In this document: one piece after another, positions 26,083-35,231 of the stretch
Layout: every line of letters begins with the position of its first letter
Numbering within the stretch: position 1 is the first letter of the stretch
From: Podarcis pityusensis
Lineage: Eukaryota
Reading direction: 5' to 3' (one strand)
NCBI GenBank assembly: GCA_964106645.2
Contig: OZ067043.1
DNA: 64,000 bases
The notes under the pieces: generated by a model
Database searches by the model: none
What the model saw: the letters and a program-made list of their open reading frames with translations, nothing else
Told to the model about the DNA's origin: nothing
Program-made: the position numbers and the translations under genes

Positions 26083-26603
26083 GTCAGTTGGATTGTTGTT
26101 CATCGCAGTTCTCTTTAGATGAAACTTAACCATTTTTCAAATAATTGGCAATTGCCTGCCTATCCTCTCTCTACTCCTTGCCACTAAAAAAAGGAAGAAG
26201 AAGCAGAAGCCACACAGGTGCTCTGCTGTTTCTTCTGACTTTTTAAGACGGGCAAAAATGGCTATAAAAGCACTAGCAGTTCTTGTTCTATGGGACTGAA
26301 GGACCATTGGGTCATTATTGCAATTGCTTCTTCTAGGGGCATTTTAGTGGTGATAGAGGTGGAAGTGTCCACACAATAGGCTTCATTCTCCAGCTCACAA
26401 AAGTGCCTGAGAATGTGCCTTTTTTGGCGGTGTCATGTTGAGCTTTAAAGAACTAAGTAAGCTAGCTATAGTAGTGGTCTCTAAAACCTATGGAGAAGTC
26501 GAGAGTGCTGCCTTTTCTCTGCCTTCCTAGGTACTATAAACCTCTGTTGATGGGAAACTGCACCTTTTTATATAGTTTTGCTAAACTAATGAGGCAACAC
26601 AAG

Positions 26604-26679
26604 GGCTGTGGATAGCTCCGTTGGTAGAACATGAGACTCTTAATCTCAGGGTTGTGAGTTCAAGCCCCATGTTGGGCAA
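26604..26679 (+). mobile_element. tRNA-Lys(CTT)-derived SINE head (decayed, not a functional tRNA)
   Basis: TAGCTCCGTTGGTAGAACATGAGACTCTTAATCTCAGGGTTGTGAGTTCAAGCCCCATGTTGGGCA follows vertebrate tRNA-Lys-CTT with CpG-type substitutions; anticodon CTT at 26639-26641. Confidence 0.82.
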
Positions 26680-27056
26680 TATATTCAAAGAATGTGACCT
26701 GAAAATCTTAGGGCAGGATTCTCCTAATGAGCTCTTTACCTAACGGCTTCCACTAGTGCGATAAGGCTTTCCTCCCCAATCCTCCTGTGCATCTTTACAC
26801 CCTCTGAAATTGGTTCTGTGGGGTTTGGGGAACCCATAGAACAGTGTGTGAAAGGAGGAGAGGGGAAATTGTTTCATCTAGCAAGCTGAAATGCTTCGCA
26901 AAGGGAACATTTATCACAGCATTCCATCCATGTAGTTTATAGAGGTTTTTTCACAAGGAAAAAAATGTTATGCCTTTTCCCCAGAAGAGCAGCTTAGAAA
27001 GAGAATATGTCCTAGCACATTCTCCATGGGCTATCATCACATGGATATGCAGGTGT

Positions 27057-27143
27057 TTGGGGCAAAAAGATTCCTGCACTGCAGGGGGGTTGGACTAGAT
27101 GCCCCTTGTGGTCCCTTCCGGCTCTAGAATTCTGTGATTCTAT
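27057..27143 (+). mobile_element. CR1-derived 3' tail (probable second half of the tRNA-Lys SINE)
   Basis: GGTTGGACTAGATG...GGTCCCTTCC...ATTCTGTGATTCTAT is the CR1 3' terminus with ATTCTRTG repeats. Confidence 0.8.
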
Positions 27144-27306
27144 AATCCATGGAAATGAATATTCTACAAAACAAACATTTTAAACTGAGAACCGGTTTCA
27201 TTCTTTAGCAAAGAAGAAATAGGGGAGCCAGTTTTGGAAATTCAGTTTTAGGTGTGATCAGCAGGACAGCAAAACCTTACTTAAATTTGGCCTTATGTTT
27301 TGTTAG

Positions 27307-27436
27307 CTAGAGGCTGGCCACTCGGGCAGGCTGGAGAAGACAGAAGATCTTTGGTTGAAGGTGCGAAAAGACCATGCCCCTCGTCTTGCCCGCCTCTCAC
27401 TGGAAAGCAGGTCCTTACAGGATGTTTTGTTACATG
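27307..27436 (+). CDS. DSTYK: DSTYK exon 7 (130 nt)
   Basis: [43 protein letters not shown]; donor G|GTGAGC. Confidence 0.96.
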
Positions 27437-27684
27437 GTGAGCAGTGCCTTGTCTGCACATCTCATTTTATTGATGACTTTCCAGAATTTTCTTATGAAAC
27501 AATGAGACTTGTTCTGTACTGTTCCAGACACACTGAGGGAATGAATCCTGAGGAATTCATGCTACTGGGGAGGGACATAGAAAACACGTTGACAATAAAA
27601 ATTATGGGAAATCAGTAAAAAATAATTGGCTAAAAATAAAATAAAAAGAGAAAGCAAGTTAACAAGCAGGTGCTTATATTTCAG

Positions 27685-27841
27685 GTAAACCAAAGCTAGG
27701 CCGTGAGCTGGGCCGAGGGCAGTATGGAGTGGTGTACTTGTGCAATGCCTGGGGGGGCCACTTCCCTTGTGCCCTCAAATCTGTTGTTCCACCAGATGAG
27801 AAGCACTGGAATGACCTTGCACTTGAGTTTCACTATATGAG
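27685..27841 (+). CDS. DSTYK: DSTYK exon 8 (157 nt), start of kinase domain
   Basis: [18 protein letters not shown] (Gly-rich loop), CALK (catalytic Lys), LALEFHYM; donor AG|GTAGGT. Confidence 0.97.
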
Positions 27842-28399
27842 GTAGGTGGCATTAAGCTCTTCCGTAATGAACATACATTAACCTGGCAGCTTAACTATAT
27901 TTTGTAGCAGTGGTTTGACAGAGTCCGATGACTGACACAAAATTCCTCTCATGTATGCACAAAGGGCTATTTGGAACCACCTTAATTGAAACCATGACAA
28001 TATAAAATAACGATGTTGAGTTGATACTTGTCTTCATACTCTGAAGAATTAGGTTGCCTATGTCATCCTTCTCCAATATGGCACCCTCTCGATGATTGGC
28101 TACAACTCCCATCAGCCTCAGCTAGCATGGTAAATGGCCTGGGATGAGGAAGGTTGCAGTTCAAAAACACCTAGGAAGTGCAGCAGTTGGGGAAAGCTGG
28201 TACTTGCTGTATCTTGAAACTGCACATTTCTATTGCGTATCTAGCTTGCACAGTTATTCTGTTAACATGAATTGTCATTTGGAAATAATGGTGTGTGCCT
28301 TGTATGTTTTCGTAGAACAGGGGACTGGGGGGAAATGCCTTATCTCCTTAGAAGACATAAATCCATTATTCTTGACTCTTGTGCTGCATCTTTCTCCAG

Positions 28400-28532
28400 A
28401 TCTTTACCAAAGCATGAGCGGTTGGTAGATCTTCATGGATCAGTGATAGATTATGGGTATGGTGGAGGTTCCAGCATTGCTGTTTTACTGATAATGGAAC
28501 AATTGCACAGAGACCTCTATACAGGATTAAAG
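28400..28532 (+). CDS. DSTYK: DSTYK exon 9 (133 nt)
   Basis: [44 protein letters not shown]; donor AAG|GTGAGG. Confidence 0.97.
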
Positions 28533-28854
28533 GTGAGGAATTAAAACAATTAAATGGAAAATGGACAGTGTAAATATTTGTTCATCTCTGGTAGCTTTTC
28601 ATTTCTATGCACAAGTGTGCTTTTCATTATACTTGAATTAGTGGAGATAATAAAAAAGTTGCAAAGTATCCCCAACTCATAACACAAGTACTCCTTTTCA
28701 GGCCTCTAGCCAGCATGGAACACAAGCCTTGCAAGGCTATAGGGGTTCTTGTGGGAGGGGAGGTTTTTGCAGGCTTTTTGTTTCCTACCCACTTGAAATA
28801 TTCCCCAACTGTGTTATATAGTGCTAATGCACTTGGGTTAGCTCTATATTGCTA

Positions 28855-29642
28855 CCGTATTTTTCACCCTATAGGACGCACTTTTCCCCCTCCAAAAATG
28901 AAGGGGAGTGTGTGTGCGTCCTATGGGGTGAATGCAGGGGGGAGGCAGGCAGGAAAAGCTCCCAAAAGCCGCACACAAGCTCTGTGCGGCTCTTGCGGGC
29001 TTTTCCTCAGGAGGGACACGGGACTGATGCGGCCAGTCAGTCCCTTCTCCCTCCTCGTAGAAAAGCCCACAGGAGCCGCATGCTCCTTAAAGGGTGCGCG
29101 GCTCCTGGGGGCTTTTGCGGGAGGTGGGGGTATTGCCATATCCGCACGCAGCCTCTCCCGGCTGGAGAGGTGACGCGCAGCTAGGGCAGCTGCCTCTTCT
29201 GTTCCTCCTCCAGCTTCGCTTGAAGGGCGCTGCCCAGTTCTCCCTCTCCGCACAGCGCCTCTCCTTCGCAGGAGAGGTGTTGCGCAGAGAGGGAGAACTG
29301 CACAGCGCCCCTTCAGCCACGCGCCTGTCCTGTGAAGCTGGAGGAGGAACAGAAGGGTCTTCCTCTGCATCCCGAAGCCTGGGGCAAGCTGAGCTCAGCC
29401 GCCCCAGGCTTCGAGCAGCTCTCCGCAAGCTGTGGGAGCCCGGTGCGACTTCGCGCCGGGCTCCCACGGCTTGCGGAGAGCTGCCTGTTCTGGGGGCTGG
29501 GGTCGGGGGAAGCTCGGGCTTCCCCCGACCCAGCCCCGCGCCTGGGGGGGGGGGAAATAATTTTTCCTCCTTTATTTCCCCCCCCCAAAAAAAACTAGGT
29601 GCGCCCTATGGGCCCGTGCGTCCTATGGGGCGAAAAATACGG
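28855..29642. mobile_element. Tc1/mariner-type non-autonomous element with GC-rich multi-hairpin interior
   Basis: TA TSD; 27-bp TIRs CCGTATTTTTCACCCTATAGGACGCAC / GTGCGTCCTATGGGGCGAAAAATACGG (2 mismatches); ends homologous to 5103-5361 in reverse orientation. Confidence 0.92.
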
Positions 29643-30502
29643 TATATTACAGGGTGGCGAAGACTTTAGAGTTATAAAAGGCAATGGCATATTTCCTTTT
29701 GCCTCCTGAAGCCTGTGTATTGCAGTGAGGAGGGGTTCACTCATGTACCCAAACTGCCACCGTGGCTACTATAAGTTGTTAAAGGTTCAAGCAGGTCAAT
29801 TTTCTCCTGTTATCCCCCGCTCCCCCAAACCATGACACCTTCACTATTCCATAGCTCTGGAAAGCTAGTAAGGATGCTCAGTCCTCTTTTGGCTGTGCTA
29901 GGTTTCTGCCCCCCACACGTCTTTTAACTTACAAGCTAATATACTTCTGCATTCTTGGAGTCTCTAGAGAATACAGAAGCTACTGCCTTGGGCAGTGAAC
30001 TGCCTATCCATAGATAAGTTGATAAGTTTAGTATTCTAGTATGTTCTGATAATTTGGCTTTAAAATTTTGGCAGCTATGCTCCCTTCACATTGTTCCTGA
30101 CTATTGGTAGATCACATAGTCTCTTCTTCACCTCCCAACTTCAGCCCTACTACATTTTTGGTTAGCAGCAGGTAAAATCTAGGGTTGATGGTTTGATCAC
30201 AAGTACAACTGTAAAGGCATTTTTTTATATTGTTATATATTTCATTAGAGAGAGCGAGAGACTGCACACAACACCTGATCCTGGCTACCATTGTGGGACT
30301 AGAACTGTATGCTTCAGTAGAACGGATTAAGACAATAGCAGCAGAACTACTCTCTGACCCGCTTGTTTAAGGAAGAAACAATGTTAAAGGATCTGTTTTG
30401 TTGGAGTTGCTTCATCTTAGGCAAGAAGCACTGCCTAATAACCATAGATGTGAATCCCATTAAGGGATCGATAATAAGGTTTTTCCCCCACTTTCCCCTC
30501 AG

Positions 30503-30616
30503 GCTGAGTTGACATTGGAGATAAGATTGCAGATTGCCTTGGATGTGGTAGAAGGGATTCGATTTCTTCACAGCCAGGGGCTCGTTCACAGAGACATCAA
30601 ACTTAAAAATGTATTG
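30503..30616 (+). CDS. DSTYK: DSTYK exon 10 (114 nt), catalytic loop
   Basis: [38 protein letters not shown]; donor TTG|GTAAGG. Confidence 0.97.
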
Positions 30617-31448
30617 GTAAGGGATAGCTTTTTGCCTTGAGCATCATTCTCTTTGCTAAAATGGAACAAGACATCAGTACATAAATAATGGCCTCGTTAA
30701 AACCATTCCTTGGAATTGTATCTCTGCTTTATAACTTCTTAAAAATGTAAAAAGCACTTTTTTCAAAAGGCGGGGGGGAAAGGCACGAGCAAAAGTGATT
30801 GCTGCCATTGTGAAGCACAAAACCTGTACTTTGCTGTATATAGAACACCAAAGGACAATGGTGCTGCCCAAAAAGACAGACTCAAGTGCTGAACCAGAAA
30901 CTCAAGAATATCTAGGTTTTCATATGACTGGACAAATTTCCTTATAAAGAAAAGACAACCATACCTGATCACAGCTAAACCCAGGGGAAAGATCAGAAAC
31001 TGAGGCATATCTAAAGGGAGCTCAGCCAGAGTAAAATTGACTGGACTAACAAAGAGCTATCTTTTCTGATCCTTTGAATGATCAGAAGGCTAATATACCC
31101 TTCATCTGTTCAGACTTTCATTTTCACAAGATGTGGTGATGGCAGTTAGTTTAGAGGACTACTTTTACACTGTTACTGTTTCATAAAGGATTAGGTGTAT
31201 CTATGGTTGTTAGCTAGGAATCTCCAGGACAGCATCAGGTAACCCAAAATTATAAGAAAAAACAAAATAAGAAATTGGTGATTATTTTTGTGCTCGGCTA
31301 GATAATGAACTTCAGCTTGGTTCAGCAAATACATTAATAATGTGCTAGCTGGGATTGTTTGTAGTACACTTGTATTACAGTGATGACATGTTGCTCTCTT
31401 TTGGATAAGTCTTGAGGCTTGGGTTTGAGTAGTTTGTATCCTTTACAG

Positions 31449-31563
31449 CTTGATAAAAACAGTAGAGCTAAAATCACAGATCTGGGATTCTGCAAACCTG
31501 AGGCGATGATGTCCGGCAGTATTGTTGGGACCCCTATCCATATGGCTCCTGAACTCTTCACAG
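31449..31563 (+). CDS. DSTYK: DSTYK exon 11 (115 nt), activation segment
   Basis: [38 protein letters not shown]; donor CAG|GTAAAC. Confidence 0.97.
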
Positions 31564-32676
31564 GTAAACTTATCATAGATCTCCCTATGGACTGTTAGCC
31601 ATGAAGAATTTGAGGTCCATTCCCTTAAGACAACAAGTCTACATGTGTACAGTTAGAGGGATGCTTCTGCCAGGAAGTTTGGCAGATACATGCATGTATC
31701 CTCAGGGAGGGGAGGAGTATACTTTCAAGGAGATACGACACATTGAACTGGGTGGGTTATTACCAATGAAGAAACAGGTAGATGTTGGATTGCAGATCAA
31801 AATATCCTTAGATAAATTAATTCTTATCTTTGAATCTCTCTTGTCCCAAATGAATGCTTCGATACTTCTGTCCTGTTACAAATTTATTTTTGTTAAAGGA
31901 TTAGCTATGCTGGGCCCTCTATTCTATAACCTGCCTCATTATGAAGACCCAGGGTGGATATGGACAATCAACATAAACCCTTAGCAAACCAGAGTAAAAT
32001 TGCATCACATTAAAAGACCAGCTCAAACCATGAAGCCCAAACAGCTCTTACAAAGCTTACAAAAAGTGCTCACACTTGGACTTCAGCAAGTCTACCTGGA
32101 GGGGGAATTTTCCCTAATTTGGTGGGGATGGCTACAGAGAATACCTCTTCGTGCTCGTATGGTTGAACTGACACAAATGTTATAACTAAAGGTGCCCTTG
32201 GTATTGATCCTTGGTGGTTGTTATGGGGCACATATAGGAAATGATTTAATTAAGTGCTAGCGATAGGATATCCCTTTCTCCTCTCCACAAACTGTGTAGC
32301 TAACGCCCACTGTATTGTGTAGCTGTATGGCGAGTGCCACACCCCTGAAGAACATCTTAATATTCTTCCCATATGAGTCCACAAGATCAGATGAGAAGGA
32401 ACTGTCACTGTCATCAGGCTCCAGGATGAACACCAGAGCATCAAGGGCATGGTGGCGCCTCACTTGATCCAGTGGACTTGTGTGGGAAAAGCATTTGAGT
32501 GTGCTTTTGTCCCAAGCAGGAGCATTTAAGAGTAGTATCCTTGCTGAAAATAAAGTTGCCTTAACTAAGCTCTAGGTTGTGTTGGAGTCCCCAGTGACCC
32601 AGTGTGCTGCTATTTTCCTGACAACAATCTTATGCTTTCTAGTCTTCAACCAGTATCTCTTGCTCATCTGCCACAG

Positions 32677-32811
32677 GGAAATATGATAATTCTGTGGATG
32701 TATATGCATTTGGCATCTTGTTCTGGTACATCTGTTCGGGTCAAGTCAAGTTACCAGAGGCTTTTGAGAGATGTGCAAGCAAGGACCACCTTTGGAACAA
32801 TGTACGAAGAG
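32677..32811 (+). CDS. DSTYK: DSTYK exon 12 (135 nt)
   Basis: [45 protein letters not shown]; donor G|GTAGGC. Confidence 0.97.
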
Positions 32812-33385
32812 GTAGGCATAACACATAATGCAGTGTTGTGAAGGGATGGAGACTATATCTAAAGTTCCTAATCTAAATGACCGCATGTCAAGATCTGCTC
32901 TCGTGGTGGAGTTTTGGGGTCTGTTTCTTCCGACCACAGTCCTCTGTGCTGCCACACAAGCCAGCCCTTGAAACTCATGGCAGCTTCAGAAACCTCCTTC
33001 AGTGCTGTGCAACTGCTGTTCCTAAACAAGGCTGAAGAAGGCACAAAGAGCTCCAATGCAGTGAGCTGCTTTGTAGCAGACTTCCAACATTTGAAGCAAT
33101 TTTGCATAGAGAAATTTGCTTTGACTAAATCCTTTTGGATCAACTGTCCTAAGTGAATAAGCCATTCAACTAAATCTTTACACCCTCTGCATTTTCAGCA
33201 GAAGCTAGATAAGGTAGTACTGGATTGCTCATGTCTTTGCATCTCCTGGTGCTGTTGTCTTTATATTCACAGCAACTGAAAACTTGAAGCAGATAAGGTG
33301 GGCTGAGAGAAATGGGAGAATGAGCAGTTCCTTTAGTCTGTGGTTTCCAGGCTACTGTTGATAGCTTAGAACATATAAAAATTCT

Positions 33386-33662
33386 GGCTGCAGTCTTATG
33401 CACACTTACCTGGGAGTAAGCTGCACTGAACTTGGTGGGCGCTATCCAACTACATAGATCTGCTCTAGTGCACAGATTTTTTTCTTGCACAATGGAACTT
33501 CCCCTCCCTCAATCTGCTCCAGAGAGTTGGAGAGGAACCCAGAACAGAGTTATGGAGGCGAAGTTCCTTTGCACAGCCCAAAGTCCTTGCACTAGTGGAT
33601 CTTTTCAGTTTAAAACTGCCCAGGAAGACTTGCTTCTGAGTAAACATGCTTAGAATTGCACT
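33386..33662. mobile_element. Nested repeats: ~90-bp palindromic repeat interrupted by a ~185-bp palindromic MITE (about 33437-33621)
   Basis: Outer halves match uninterrupted copies near 24215, 34303, 45853, 56633; inner element resembles copies near 19709, 26710, 49609. Confidence 0.62.
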
Positions 33663-34577
33663 GCAAAGCATAGCGTGTGTGATTTAAGGAAGGTCCTGTA
33701 ACATAAAGAGTACCTTTGTTTAGAACTAACTGTCCCAAGAGTCTATAAGTTGCTTTGAGGGCTATGACAGAAATATAGGCCAGATACGAATGACAACACT
33801 TAATTTCATCTGCTGTTCCAGAGGTTGACAGAGAACCAGGATTTCAACTCTTGGTATTATGTTCGTATAGAAATGAGACATCTATAGATCTTCAAACTAG
33901 ATATAATCAGTAATTTCTTGGAATAAGGCAACAGCAATCTAATTCTTTCAAAAACATGCATGCACCCACCACCCAGCGATATCTTAAATCCCCTTAAAGT
34001 GTTTGAGAATTTGCAGTGCTTGGAGTGTTGGGAATCTCTGTGAACATGCTTCACTCTTTGAACAATGGGCTCTATTAGTTGCTACCTAAATTAGTGGAGC
34101 CTCCTGCATAGTTCCTTTTGTTATTAAAATGTACCCTTTTAACTTCATGCCTATTTTCAAGCTTCCCCAAACATGACCTCCCAAGATGAAGTTTTTACTT
34201 AATTTGAAAGCTTCCCTGCCTTATGGATAATGGTAGTTGTGGAAATTACAGTGCATAGTATCTCATGAAAAAACAGGACTAGCACCTGTAGTACAACTAA
34301 GCAGTGCAATTCTATACATGTCTCCTCAGTAGGATTTGCTCCCAAGTAAGTGTGATTGGGGCTGCAGCCTTGACATGTTTCGAAGTGTTAATTTTTAGGT
34401 TTCAGAACCATTACAACATATGAAAAACGGCTTATAAGTGGTCAACTCATGTGAACAGTGTAATGCTGGCAACACTTTCGTGGTCACAACAGCAGTTTCC
34501 ATGAGTAAGGGGCCATACCTTTCCAGTGCACCCTACTTTGTGTAAGTCAGTATTTATACATATTAATAATGTGTGTA

Positions 34578-34874
34578 CAGTGGTGCCTCGCAAGACGAAA
34601 TTAATCCGTTCCGCGAGTCTCTTCGTCTTGTGGTTTTTTCGTCTTGCGAAGCACGGCTATTAGCGGCTTAGCGGCTATTAACGGCTTAGCGGCTATTAAC
34701 GGCTTAGCGGCTTTAAGAAAAAGGAAACAAACTCGCAAGAACTCGCAAGACGTTTCGTCTTGCGAAGCAAGCCCATAGGGAAATTCGTCTTGCGGAACGA
34801 CTCAAAAAACGGAAAACTCTTTCGTCTAGCGAGTTTTTCATCTTGCGAGGCATTCGTCTTGCGGGGCACCACTG
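34578..34874. mobile_element. Tc1/mariner (Tigger-like) MITE with internal 18-bp tandem repeat
   Basis: TA TSD; TIRs CAGTGGTGCCTCGCAAGACGAA / TTCGTCTTGCGGGGCACCACTG; CGGCTATTARCGGCTTAG x3 at 34654-34707. Confidence 0.92.
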
Positions 34875-35043
34875 TATTGACTCAGAGCCTTGTCCATAAT
34901 TGGAAGCTTACGTCTGGTTTCTTTCCAGATGGGCCAGGTAAGCAGCTTATGCCTCTGACCAGTGTAATTAAAGCTGAAGTAGCAAAGATCAAATGAATTA
35001 TTTTCCTTTTCAGTCAATTAATCATGTTCTCCTTTTTGTCCAG

Positions 35044-35231
35044 GAGTACGCCCTGAACGCCTTCGCATTTTTGATGAGGAATGCTGGCAGCTGATGGAAG
35101 CCTGTTGGGATGGAGACCCTTCTCAGCGCCCGCTACTGGGCATTGTCCAGCCCACGTTGCAGAACATAATGGACAGGCTTTGCGGGTCAAACTCAGCACC
35201 GTTGAATAAAGGATTAGATGACTCTACTTGA
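35044..35231 (+). CDS. DSTYK: DSTYK exon 13 coding part, ends at TGA
   Basis: [37 protein letters not shown]...GLDDST-stop (TGA 35229-35231). Confidence 0.96.

Noticed and set aside
26604-26679. Functional tRNA-Lys gene
   Set aside because: Acceptor, D and T arms carry mismatches and CpG decay, and a CR1-type tail lies downstream; better explained as a SINE head.
27681-27690. AG|GT junctions at exon starts (also 56427) as recursive splice sites
   Set aside because: Explained by split Gly codons; the flanking introns are short, unlike typical recursive-splicing introns.
28715-29669. Cluster of overlapping 88-191 aa ORFs on both strands
   Set aside because: They lie in the GC-rich palindromic element where stops are rare; no transposase or other domain is recognisable.
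31476-31490. DLG instead of DFG suggesting a pseudokinase
   Set aside because: DLG is the normal DSTYK motif; the Gly-rich loop, catalytic Lys, HRD and APE are all intact.
31760-32520. Coding-looking stretch in DSTYK intron 11 (short ORFs on both strands)
   Set aside because: No recognisable homology, frequent stops, no consistent exon structure; may be a decayed repeat and would need BLASTX.
34654-34712. CRISPR-like array (also the TCGTCTTGCG and TAACCTGAA repeats)
   Set aside because: Vertebrate intron, no unique spacers of regular length, no cas genes; these are MITE internal repeats.
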